From Paraspadella gotoi (lineage: Eukaryota; Animalia; Chaetognatha): a stretch of 64,000 bases of DNA. Numbering within the stretch: position 1 is the first letter of the stretch; each line of letters opens with the position of its first letter. Below, piece after piece: positions 37,342 to 49,631 of this stretch. A program made the translations under genes and the position numbers. The DNA is taken from assembly GCA_051294375.1 (NCBI GenBank), contig CM119265.1, positions 19,803,218-19,867,217 of the forward strand, in the 5' to 3' direction. A model generated the notes under the pieces. That model was not told the DNA's origin and did no database searches. It saw only the letters and a list, made by a program, of their open reading frames with translations.

Positions 37342-40300
37342 CTCTTCATTAAATAAACCTGTTTCTCTCGCATCAAAGAGGAGCCCTGAATCTCTGTAAA
37401 ATCGTCTGTGAGTTTAAAAGATCGAGAGGCTGAATAATTTTTCAAATCGAACTGGGAGAGGTCAACGTCTTGATTTTATAAAAAAACCGGGCGTAATGGC
37501 AAACAATTTTTAAGAAAAGATTAAAACAAAGGCGGAAATGCTGAAAACTTCCAGTCTTTTACTTTTAGATGTGATTTATCCGTCAGCAGGAAGCGTGGTC
37601 AGGCCTATTGAGAAAGTTGTCCTTTATTCGATGCCCTCTGTTTATTTTAAATAACAAATACGAAAAAAAATATTTGATATCGCCCCGGGAAAACAAAGAA
37701 CAAAAAAAAAACACCTTTTTCAAGCTCAACGGCAATCTATGTTATTTTAACTCGATTTTTAACAAATAAAACCAATCAGCCCCATACCCAAACTTCGCTC
37801 CTCGAAAGCGCCAATGGCAAATATCTGCGGCCACCTTTAACAGAATAACGAGAGAAACTGGGGAGGGCACCTCGGCGTCCGTTTCTCCAAGGTCGACGGG
37901 AAGGACTCCAAGAAAGCTTCGCCCTCAAAGTTTTGTGAACGGACACGGACGACAAACGCCCTCAACGATGGGGAGATCCTGCGCAAAGTGAAGCACGGTG
38001 GAATCATTCAACCTACTTTGATCCCTTTCATGGACGCCAACCGTCTTCTGCATGATCGTCTGGAGTTCGCCAACGTCGGCACCGCGACCGAGCACGTCCG
38101 CCAAGTACACCGCCGACTCGCCGGATGGGCGCAACGCCCATCGGCGCGAGTTGAACGGCCTGGAAGTCTATCGCAAATCTCCGACGCGCTGGCCTCTACC
38201 TCACGGCCCTTCAAAGCCACGGGCAAGATCCTGCACACGAGATCTTAAGGCCCGGACAAACCATTCTCGGGTTACGATTTACTCACAGGCTTCTCTAAAG
38301 GAGGAACGGGTTGAGGGCGGGAGAGCGATGGCGGACTATTGGCATTAATCGAAATTCTTAAAATACTAAATATAACTAATGAAATTCAAAGTCCAATAGT
38401 GTTATTCTCGAACGAAAAATAAGTAAAGTAAAGATTAATATGAATTATTTAGTTTTAAACATTTAAAACATTTTGTTGACAACGGGTTAAAATTGAAATC
38501 TTATACATTTATAGATTAATAATAGGAAAAATACTAGAAATAATAAATCTTAAAACGCATAAGGACTCGTCGCAATTGTGGCATAAGAAAAATCTGGTAT
38601 TGACGACAAATTTTGATACTAGAAAATCAAATTTGAACAAAAAATAAAAAAAAATCTTATAAAACAGGAAGAAACCAAGAAGACAATATAAAAGAAAGAA
38701 TATTAGAAAAGGAAAGAAAGAATAGAAAGGAAAGAAAGAATAGAAAGGAATGGAGAGAATAGAAGGAAAGAAAGAATAGAAAGAAAGAAAGAATTGAAAT
38801 AGAAAGAAATGAATTGAAAGGAAAGAAATAAAATAAAAATAAAATAGAGAGTGACGAGAAGAAAGAACGAAAGAAAAAACCCGATGTTGCGATAGAAAAA
38901 TGATAATATGCACGAATGCGATGCCGAGTTAGATTTTCGGATTTGAATCCTAATTAAAGTTTTTTTTTTAAATAAAAAACGCAAAGAGAAGAGATAGAGG
39001 AGAGAGAGAATGAGAGAGAGAACGAGACGAGAGAGAGAGGAGAACAAATCGTTTTTCGACGAATCAGCAGTAAGCAGCAGGAGAAAAAGAGAAAAAGAAA
39101 AGAAACCCCCTGCAGAGCCCTAGGAATCAGCGACTGGGGAAAAGAGGAGGAGAGAGAGCTACATATAATTAAAAGAGAAAAGAGAGAGCGAAATTTGTGT
39201 TTGGTAAAACGTAAAACAAAACATATTAAGATAACAGTCCTCACCCAATTTAAGGTACCTCGATGATGAAGCTGATATAGAATTTTCAGCTTCATACACC
39301 CAAAATTTAATCATTAAAAAAGGCGATCGATAAGTTGAACGCCGGGGACGACGACGACGACGACGACAACGACGACGCCTACGCTAACTTATGCAAAGCG
39401 ATTGCGACGATAAAAAAGGATAAGTTAAATCGCGAGTGTTTGAACGTCATCTCTCTTCATTATACCCTTTCCCCACCATGGAGATCTGGAAAAGCGCGGC
39501 TGGCACCGGGTGTGAAGTTGGCCCTTCGTGGCCCCCGCCGACTTTCGGCATCGCCACAAACTCTTGGACGAGCGAACAGGTGAACAACTTCTACACGCTC
39601 AGCAACTCTCGGGCCGCGCAACGCCAAGTCTACATTGGCCGCCGGAGGTTCTCAAGGACAAAAGGTTACCACGCGTCTCTCGTGCGGATATGTGGAGTCT
39701 CGCGGGTCCATGTCCCCTCTGCGTGCAACGTGGGGATCATCTCTTCGCGTATCTCGGACGGATCATCAGTTGGCCGGAGGAAGAGCACCTTTACCCAAGC
39801 ATTACTCATAAAAGTTGCGGCAGCTGGGCCGAGTATTGCTGCACCCGGACTTAGTTGGTCGCCCGTCGGCCGATGACGTTTCTGGCGGAGACAAAACGGG
39901 ACAATCGTCAAGAGAGCGGAGTACATAAAATTCCTGACGATGGGTATTAAAGGGGATGGGGAACCGGATTATCGCTTCAGGGCCCCTTTCTTGCTGTTCT
40001 GTTCATGTTTCTCCACTTGCCGCTCCCTTCCACGGCCTCCTCACTAAAGCTCTTTATTTCGCTTGCCTTGTCCGCTTACGTTCTGCCGAAAATCTCGAGT
40101 GGTCCGACCGCATATTTCTGACTGCCTGGACACCATGTACAATCATGGTATTTTTATTCGAACTTATATCGATCAAGCAAAAAATAAACCGTCATAACCA
40201 AAAAGTAAAAGATATGCCATAATTATTAAAAGAAAAAACACGTAGTACAGGATCAGGCCCTGTTGCTGTAGCAGATTAATTAATTAATAATTTAATTAAT

Positions 40301-40831
40301 TAATTAATTATTTAACATGAGTATATCCCTCTGTTAAATAATAATTAATTAACTTAATTAATTTACATTAATTATTTAAACAGAGATATCCCTCTGTTAG
40401 ACTTTCCCACTGTTGAAGTTCGCACCCGAGTTCTTGCTCATTGGAAAAATATCTTTCATTGAAAGAAATAAACATTAACTATTGAAGACAACAGACATTG
40501 AAAAAAGTACATGCGTCAGTTTCCATGCGTCTTTCGATATTAGATAAGCGAACTACTGGTTCCGACTTTAATTCATGGATGAAAACGGTCAATCGCGCGC
40601 ATCGTGGCAGAGATCAATGGCGTGACCGTTGCCGTTTCATTGGCGCGATCCATTTGGAATATCTGGGTACCCTGGTGCTCGATCCATAGTGTGAGACAAT
40701 AATCCCACTTGCCGGCAACTGTAAACAAAAACGCTTTATCTCTTTATTCACTCTCCGACAACCACGATTATTTTTCTCTCCTCTCTTCTCTCTCTCTCTC
40801 TCTGCTCTCTCTCTCTCTCTTTCTCTCTTCT
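36985..40831. repeat. Noisy inverted duplicate of 40857-41042 plus ~45525-48900
   Basis: 40570-40775 is the reverse complement of 40857-41042, and 40230-40540 of 45525-45805. The kinase exons, the intron and the minisatellite are all mirrored. The fold-back point is a (CT)n tract plus a 25-N gap. Confidence 0.95.
37814..40170 (+). pseudogene. Frameshifted inverted copy of the NEK-like kinase (probably uncorrected long read)
   Basis: Exon remnants at 37814-38288 (KHGGII, KILH) and 39484-40170 (DFGIA, ADMWSL). Differences from the intact copy are mostly 1-nt insertions. Confidence 0.75.
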
Positions 40832-41067
40832 NNNNNNNNNNNNNNNNNNNNNNNNNAAATAATCGTGGTTGTCGGAAGTGATAAAGAGATAAAGCGTTTG
40901 TTTACAGTTGCGGCAATGGATATTGTCTCACTATGATCGAGCCAGGGTACCCAATATCCAATGGATCGCGCCATGAAAACGCAACGGTCACGCCATGATT
41001 CCGCCACGATTGCGCCGATTGACCGTTTCATCATGAATTTAANNNNNNNNNNNNNNNNNNNNNNNNN

Positions 41068-43395
41068 GAAATACTTTCAGATGAAAGAATTATACCACTG
41101 CTGATTTGGTTGTAAAATGTGTTAATGTATAATGGCGCCTTGTATGCATGAGTATGCTTCTGACTGGTATTACTTTCCTCTTCTAAATGTTCTATGAATC
41201 TAAATTTAGTATATATACATAAGAATATGTTTCTTAAATGATAACAAAACCTGTTGATAATATTAATTTTAAGTATTTTTTTGGAAAAAAATTTTATACT
41301 TAAATGTCTGAAATTATAAATAATAAAACATTTGTTTTTGGCACCGTTTGTTGTGCTTTTCCTGTATATGCTGCACATCCCTCACGTTGCTTTTTCATAT
41401 ATACTCTTCACGCCTTGACGCGTTGTTGTTGTCTTGTTCTTTTTGTAAAAGAAAAGAAAATTTTTTAAAATTTTATCATGGAATAAATAAGAAATGCAGT
41501 TAACTTTTCCAAATTTAATTTTGTTATTCATAATGTTAATAACAATGTTTAGGAATAATAAATTAAAATATCAGTTAAGTGATAAAGTAACTGTATTGAT
41601 GATAATAATTTAAATGATGATATTTTTTTTTGATGCATTAATATTTTTTTTGGAAAGAGGGACATGTGTGACATGTGTGACATGTAAAATTTTTGAAAAA
41701 AAAATGCTTGAATTGCGTTGTACCAGAATCTTGCAATGATTAGAACTTGCAAAACATTCAGCTCATAGTGAGAGACTGAACACATCCTTAATACAGGCGG
41801 CGCTGACCTCCAGGTACCAAAGGTCAAAGTCCAAAGGTTACGAGAAAAGGTCACATTTAGACGAATTGATCAACGTATTTTATGTGATAGCTAAGTAATA
41901 ATCAGGGATGCAAATTAATTATTAATTAATAAGTTTAATTTGTTATAGTCGTTCATTTACAGTAAGAATTAAAGCATCCCTATTGTGATGATTCACTCAT
42001 ATTAAAGAACTCTAATCACCGATACGGTTTGAAATTGGCGACTTCCGCATTAGATGTCGGGACTGATTCGTCACATTATTGTTTCTTAGCAACGCAGTAA
42101 ACAGACTACTCAAATATGTCATAATATTATCAATCACTTATTCTTCTTAAAAGTTTTATTGATAGTATTTTTCGATCATTCAATATCAGCCACTTATTTT
42201 TATATTTATTGATATTGTAATTTGATCAATCATCTCAATCACTTAATTTAATTTTTAAGCTTCAGGAAGCACCATAGATGCTGGTGTCCATTGGGATTGA
42301 CAACAAGATGAGGATGGAAACCCATGGTTCTCTGGCCAGCCCATGTCGAGGATCCCATAGTTGGTGTAATTGCACACTTGATAAAAGAAATGTTTGATCA
42401 GACTTTTTTTGCATCATAGATTTGGATAGATTAGTAGCAAAGTTTTTGAAATTAAATTCGAGTTATTAGCCAGCTATTAGTTGAGTCTAATCATATTTCA
42501 GAATCCGTTTCTAAGCTAAACAATGGCGTTAAGTACGTCCGTCAGAGTTAGGGCTGAGGTTGCCAAGGAAATATGTACAACATTTTTGTTTTTGTTTCAC
42601 ATTTGAGTTGCCAAATATTGTTTGATTGATCATTTATTGATATTGCTATTTTACTTTGCTTTGCTGGCTTATTCTGCAAAACTGTTTTTTATGACGCGTC
42701 TCTTTTTCTAGTGTTATAACTATTTAGCACATTTATCCAACTTGTTTTAATCCTAATTATTTTAGTGCATTATTTTTTTTCTCCTGAGCCACGTGTATTG
42801 TTTAGTATTTTGTTTTTTTGCTCCGTCCTCTATTCTTTTCGTTTTCTTTGAATAATTAATAGTACTTTAATTAATTATATTTTAGGAGGGCGGTGGTCAG
42901 AATACTCTGGTGCAACCAAAGAAATCTCGGCCCAGTGTTTTTAGAAATGACCACTTTTCTTTCTTTGTAAAATGTAAACAATTGTACTTCGTCGATTCTG
43001 TCGCGAAATCTTGGTAGTTTTAGCCGTGGCTCCGAAGGAAACGTTTCTCTTTAAATATTATTTTGTATTTGTTTACCTTATATATATTACAATAGATATT
43101 ACAAACCCCTGTGTTTTTTATAGGCCAAGAGAAATTCGTCAGAAACTATCTCGTAGCTAGAGTAAAGTGACATATATATCGAAAGCGCGAACGACGCATG
43201 TCACTTTTTTCATGTCTGTGTCTATCAATTAGTTAATGGTTATTTCTCTCATAAAAGATATTTTCATGACAAGAACTTCAACTTCAACAGTTCAAGTCTC
43301 ACAGAGGGATATCTCTGTTAAATAATTAATTAATTAATTGATTAATTAATTAATCACACAAGGCCTGATCCTGTACTACGTGTTTTTTCTTTTAT
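41068..43395. repeat. Near-identical tandem direct duplication, copy 1 (copy 2 at 43421-~45805)
   Basis: Both copies start GAAATACTTTCAGATGAAAG immediately after a 25-N gap, offset 2353. No differences seen by eye until the last ~170 nt. Confidence 0.97.
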
Positions 43396-45647
43396 NNNNN
43401 NNNNNNNNNNNNNNNNNNNNGAAATACTTTCAGATGAAAGAATTATACCACTGCTGATTTGGTTGTAAAATGTGTTAATGTATAATGGCGCCTTGTATGC
43501 ATGAGTATGCTTCTGACTGGTATTACTTTCCTCTTCTAAATGTTCTATGAATCTAAATTTAGTATATATACATAAGAATATGTTTCTTAAATGATAACAA
43601 AACCTGTTGATAATATTAATTTTAAGTATTTTTTTGGAAAAAAATTTTATACTTAAATGTCTGAAATTATAAATAATAAAACATTTGTTTTTGGCACCGT
43701 TTGTTGTGCTTTTCCTGTATATGCTGCACATCCCTCACGTTGCTTTTTCATATATACTCTTCACGCCTTGACGCGTTGTTGTTGTCTTGTTCTTTTTGTA
43801 AAAGAAAAGAAAATTTTTTAAAATTTTATCATGGAATAAATAAGAAATGCAGTTAACTTTTCCAAATTTAATTTTGTTATTCATAATGTTAATAACAATG
43901 TTTAGGAATAATAAATTAAAATATCAGTTAAGTGATAAAGTAACTGTATTGATGATAATAATTTAAATGATGATATTTTTTTTTGATGCATTAATATTTT
44001 TTTTGGAAAGAGGGACATGTGTGACATGTGTGACATGTAAAATTTTTGAAAAAAAAATGCTTGAATTGCGTTGTACCAGAATCTTGCAATGATTAGAACT
44101 TGCAAAACATTCAGCTCATAGTGAGAGACTGAACACATCCTTAATACAGGCGGCGCTGACCTCCAGGTACCAAAGGTCAAAGTCCAAAGGTTACGAGAAA
44201 AGGTCACATTTAGACGAATTGATCAACGTATTTTATGTGATAGCTAAGTAATAATCAGGGATGCAAATTAATTATTAATTAATAAGTTTAATTTGTTATA
44301 GTCGTTCATTTACAGTAAGAATTAAAGCATCCCTATTGTGATGATTCACTCATATTAAAGAACTCTAATCACCGATACGGTTTGAAATTGGCGACTTCCG
44401 CATTAGATGTCGGGACTGATTCGTCACATTATTGTTTCTTAGCAACGCAGTAAACAGACTACTCAAATATGTCATAATATTATCAATCACTTATTCTTCT
44501 TAAAAGTTTTATTGATAGTATTTTTCGATCATTCAATATCAGCCACTTATTTTTATATTTATTGATATTGTAATTTGATCAATCATCTCAATCACTTAAT
44601 TTAATTTTTAAGCTTCAGGAAGCACCATAGATGCTGGTGTCCATTGGGATTGACAACAAGATGAGGATGGAAACCCATGGTTCTCTGGCCAGCCCATGTC
44701 GAGGATCCCATAGTTGGTGTAATTGCACACTTGATAAAAGAAATGTTTGATCAGACTTTTTTTGCATCATAGATTTGGATAGATTAGTAGCAAAGTTTTT
44801 GAAATTAAATTCGAGTTATTAGCCAGCTATTAGTTGAGTCTAATCATATTTCAGAATCCGTTTCTAAGCTAAACAATGGCGTTAAGTACGTCCGTCAGAG
44901 TTAGGGCTGAGGTTGCCAAGGAAATATGTACAACATTTTTGTTTTTGTTTCACATTTGAGTTGCCAAATATTGTTTGATTGATCATTTATTGATATTGCT
45001 ATTTTACTTTGCTTTGCTGGCTTATTCTGCAAAACTGTTTTTTATGACGCGTCTCTTTTTCTAGTGTTATAACTATTTAGCACATTTATCCAACTTGTTT
45101 TAATCCTAATTATTTTAGTGCATTATTTTTTTTCTCCTGAGCCACGTGTATTGTTTAGTATTTTGTTTTTTTGCTCCGTCCTCTATTCTTTTCGTTTTCT
45201 TTGAATAATTAATAGTACTTTAATTAATTATATTTTAGGAGGGCGGTGGTCAGAATACTCTGGTGCAACCAAAGAAATCTCGGCCCAGTGTTTTTAGAAA
45301 TGACCACTTTTCTTTCTTTGTAAAATGTAAACAATTGTACTTCGTCGATTCTGTCGCGAAATCTTGGTAGTTTTAGCCGTGGCTCCGAAGGAAACGTTTC
45401 TCTTTAAATATTATTTTGTATTTGTTTACCTTATATATATTACAATAGATATTACAAACCCCTGTGTTTTTTATAGGCCAAGAGAAATTCGTCAGAAACT
45501 ATCTCGTAGCTAGAGTAAAGTGACATATATATCGAAAGCGCGAACGACGCATGTCACTTTTTTCATGTCTGTGTCTTCAATAGTTAATGTTATTTCTCTC
45601 ATAAAAGATATTTTCATGACAAGAACTTCAACTTCAACAGTTCAGTC

Positions 45648-45762
45648 TAACAGAGGGATATCTCTGTTAAATAATTAATTAATTAATTAATTAATTAATT
45701 ATTTACAGAGGGATATCTCTGTTAAATAATTAATTAATTAATTAATTAATTAATTAATTAAT
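45648..45762. repeat. Palindromic AT-rich element: TAACAGAG-GGATAT-CTCTGTTA hairpin alternating with (TAAT)n
   Basis: 8-bp stem 45648-45655/45662-45669, with the unit repeated at ~45705-45760. Related copies at 43300-43355 and 40275-40400. Confidence 0.85.
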
Positions 45763-45851
45763 CTGCTACACAAGGCCTGATCCTGTACTACGTGTTTTTT
45801 CTTTTATATTATGCATATCTTTTACTTTTTGGTTATGATCTGTTTTTTTTT

Positions 45852-46898
45852 TTACTTATCGATATATCGAAATAAAATACAATGATTTAGTGTCCAGGCA
45901 GCAGAAATACCGGTCGGACCACTCAGATTTTCGGCAGACGTACGGACAAGGCAAGCGAAATCAAAGAGCTTTAGTGGATGAAACCAATGACAGCAACAGC
46001 AAGAAAAGGGCCCGAAGCGATAATCCGGTTCCCCCATCCCTTTAATACCTCGTCAGGAATTTTATGTACTCCGCTCTCTTGACGATTGTCCCGTTTTGTC
46101 TCCGCCAAAACGTCATCGGCCGACGGGCGACAACTAGGATCCGGGTGCAGCATATCGGCCACCAGCTGCCGCAACTTTATCGAGTAATGCTTGGGTAAGG
46201 TGCTCTTTCCTCCGGGCCAACTGATGATCCGTCCGAGATCGGCGAAGAGATGAGTCCCCACGTTGCACCAGAAGGACATGATCCCGCCGAGACTCCACAT
46301 ATCCGCCGAGACGGTGTACTTTTGTCCCTTGAGAACCTCCGGCGCCATGTAGATTGGCGTGCCGGCGAGAGTCGACGTGTAGAAGTTGTTCACCTTTCGC
46401 TCGTCCAAGAGTTTGGCGATGCCGAAGTCGGCCAACTTCCACACCGTGCCAGCGCGCTTTTCAGATCTCCATGGTGGGAAAGGGTAAATGAAGAGAGATG
46501 ACGATTCAAACACTCGGATTTAACTTATCCTTTTTTATCGTCGCAATCGCTTTGCATAAGTAGCGTAGGCGTCGTCGTTGTCGTCGTCGTCGTCGTCGTC
46601 GGCGTTCCAACTTATCGATCGCCTTTTTTATGATTAAATTTGGGTGTATGAAGCTGAAAATTTATATACAGCTTTTCATCATCGAGGTCCTTGAAATTGG
46701 GTGAGGACAGTTATTTAATATGTTTTGTTTACGTTTTACCAAACAAACAAATTTCGCTCTCTCTTTTCTCTTTTAATTATATGTAGCTCTCTCTCTCTCT
46801 TTTCCCCAGTCGCTGATTCCTAGGGCTCTGCAGGGGCTTTCTTTCTTTTTCTCTTTTTCTCCTGCTGCTTCTGCTGATTTCGTCCGAAAACGATTTGG

Positions 46899-46942
<44 letters not shown>

Positions 46943-47957
46943 ACTCTCTTCTTGACACCTCATGATTCCTTTCTTTTTTTGGGTTCTTTCCCGGGCCTCC
47001 TCTTTATTTTTATTTTTATTTCTTTCCTTTCAATTCTTTCTTTCTTTTCAATTCTTTCTTTCCTTTCTATTCTTTCTTTCCTTTCTATTCTTTCATTCCT
47101 TTCTATTCTTTCTTTCCTTTCTATTCTTTCTTTCCTTTCTATTCTTTCTTTATATTTATTCTTTTCTTCTTTTTCTTCCTGTTTATAAATTTTTTTTTTT
47201 CAAATTTGATTTTTTTTAGTATCAAAATTTGTCGTCAATCCAGATTTTTCTTATGCAATTGCGACGATCCTTATGCTTTTAAGATTTTTATTTCTAGTAT
47301 TTTTCTTATTTAATCTATAAGATGTATAAGATTTCATTTTACCCGCTTGTCAACAAAATGTTAAATGTTTAACTAAATAATCATATTATCGTTACTTTAC
47401 TTTTTTCGTTCGAAATACTATTCTTTGATTTCATAGTTATATTTAGTAATTTTAAATTTCGATTAATGCCAATAGTCGCCATCGCTCTCCGCCTCAACCC
47501 GTCTCCTTTAAAACCTTGAGTAAATCGTAACCCCGAGAATGTTGTCCGGCTTAAGATCTCTGTGCAGGATCTTGCCGTGCTTGAAGCCGTGGAGGTAGGC
47601 CAGCGCGTCGGAGATTTGCGATAGGATCCTCCAGACGTTCCACTCTGCGCCGTGGGCGTTGCGCCATCCCGGCGAGTCGGCGGTGTACTTGCGGACGTGC
47701 TCGGTCGCGGTGCCGACGTTGGCGAACTCCATGACGATGCAGAGACGGTTGGCGTCCATAAAGGATTCAAAGTAGGTGATGATTCCACCGTGCTTCACTT
47801 TGCGCAGGATCTCCACCTCGTTGAGGGCGTTGTCGTCCGTGTCCGTCACAACTTTGAGGGCGAAGTTCTTGGAGTCCTTCGTCGCCTTGAAGACGGCGCC
47901 GAAGGTGCCCTCCCCCAGTTTCTCTCGTTTTCTGTAAGTGCCGCAGTATTTGGCCAT
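45852..47957 (-). CDS. NEK-like serine/threonine protein kinase, 2 exons
   Basis: Exon 47957-47515: GEGTFG, FALK, alphaC Glu (NEVEIL), LCIVMEFA, HRDLKPDN. Exon 46466 onward: WKLADFG, GTPIYMAPE, ADMWSLG, LVADMLHPDPSCRPSA. The phase-2 splice AG|GTTTTA..GAG|A joins these in frame. As assembled the stop is at 45971; it is at 45852 if one G is restored near 46038. Confidence 0.92.
47020..47150. repeat. 18-bp pyrimidine-rich minisatellite in the kinase intron
   Basis: Unit TTCTTTCTTTCCTTTCTA, about 7 copies. It produces the spurious SFLSIL repeat ORF and is mirrored at 38700-38830. Confidence 0.9.
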
Positions 47958-48397
47958 TGCGCGCTTCGGGAGCGAAGTTGGGTAATGGGGGCTGATTGGT
48001 TTTTATTTGTTAAAAATCGAGTTAAACATAGATTGCCTTGAGTTGAAAAAGGTTGTTTTTTTTTGTTCTTTGTTTTCCCGCGATATAAAATATTTTTTTC
48101 GTATTTGTTAGTTTAAATAAAAGAGGGCATCGAATAAAGGACACTTTTCAATAGGCTGACACGCTTCTGCTGACGGATAAATCACATCTAAAAGTAAAAG
48201 ACTGGAAGTTTTCAGCATTTCCGCTTTGTTTTATCTTTTCTTAAAAATTGTTTGCATTACGCCGGTTTTTTATAAAATCAAGACGATTGCCTCTCCCAGT
48301 TCGATTTGAAAAATTATTCAGCTCTCGATCTTTTAACTCACAGACGATTTACAGAGATTCAGGGCTCCTCTTTGATCGAGAGACAGGTTTATTTAAT

Positions 48398-48459
<62 letters not shown>

Positions 48460-48462
<3 letters not shown>

Positions 48463-48534
48463 AACTTTAATAGAACAGTGAAAACTAATTCAAAACGAAA
48501 GAAAACGATCTTTATCACGAAAGGGAAGAGAGAG

Positions 48535-48573
<39 letters not shown>

Positions 48574-48637
48574 CTCAAACTTTAATAGAACAGTGAAAAC
48601 TAATTCAAACGAAAGAAAACGATCTTTATCACGAAAG

Positions 48638-48683
<46 letters not shown>

Positions 48684-48869
48684 AACTTTAATAGAACAGT
48701 GAAAAACTAATTCAAACGAAAGAAAACGATCTTTATCACGAAGGGAAGAGAGGAGAGAGAGAGAGAGAGAGAGAAGAGAGAGAGAGGAGAGAGAGTGAGA
48801 AGAGTCAAAACTTTAATAGAACAGTGAAAACTAATTCAAAACGAAAGAAAACGATCTTTATCACGAAAG

Positions 48870-48920
<51 letters not shown>
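48460..48920. repeat. Composite tandem repeat: ~68-bp core + (GA)n, 4 units
   Basis: Core TCAAACTTTAATAGAACAGTGAAAACTAATTCAAAACGAAAGAAAACGATCTTTATCACGAAAGGGAAG starts at 48460, ~48575, 48681 and ~48805. Inverted copies at 37005-37345. Confidence 0.95.
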
Positions 48921-48925
<5 letters not shown>

Positions 48926-49631
48926 GAAGAGGAGAAGAGAAGAGAGAGAGAGAGAAGGAGGAGCGAGAGAGAGTGTGTGTGTAAACACGAAAGGTTTTTT
49001 TTTCGATCCACCTTTCGTCAAGACAGACACACACTTGGGCGTGGAGTCGACTTGCCGAATGTAAATTGCTCTGCCCGAAACGTTAAGTGTCGTTTTTCAA
49101 GTTCAATTTCGAACCATCGCCCAGTTTTGAGGCTGAAACCTGGATTCGATCCAGAGGAATCCGAAAGTCCGATCCAGTTCGTGATTCTTGAATACCGTGA
49201 CGTCATCCATTCTTGGAGAGGTCCTCCTCATCCTCCTCATCCTCCTCATCCTCCTCATCCTCCTCAACCTCCTCTTCCTCCTTCGACTTCTTCTCTTCCT
49301 CGACCACCTCTTCCTATTCCTTAAGATTTTTTTTTTCCTCGAATTTCAGATCCAAAAAATTCAGGAAAAAAATAACTTTTTTTTTTATTTCGGTGCTATT
49401 TTGTTTTCGCATTGTTGTGTTGTTGGACCAATTGATTTCACGATATAAACATTAAACAAAAAGGGTACAAAATATAAAATGCGTCATTGTTAAATAATTT
49501 AGAACACGAAAAGCAAAAAAAGAAAGCAAGTTTAGTTATAAGGCAGTTAAAATAAGACGATTGCTCGAATCGTTTCGCATTACCATGGATGCAAAACTTT
49601 CATTGACATAATTGGCAAACTCCCCACTTGC

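Noticed and set aside
48460-48920. CRISPR-like repeat-spacer appearance
   Set aside because: The repeat is too long, the spacers are (GA)n, there are no cas genes and the context is eukaryotic.
49018-49320. Purine-rich exon-like block with (GAGGAGGAT)n downstream of ANKFN1
   Set aside because: No supported splice into a frame. The preceding exon already has a stop at 49632.
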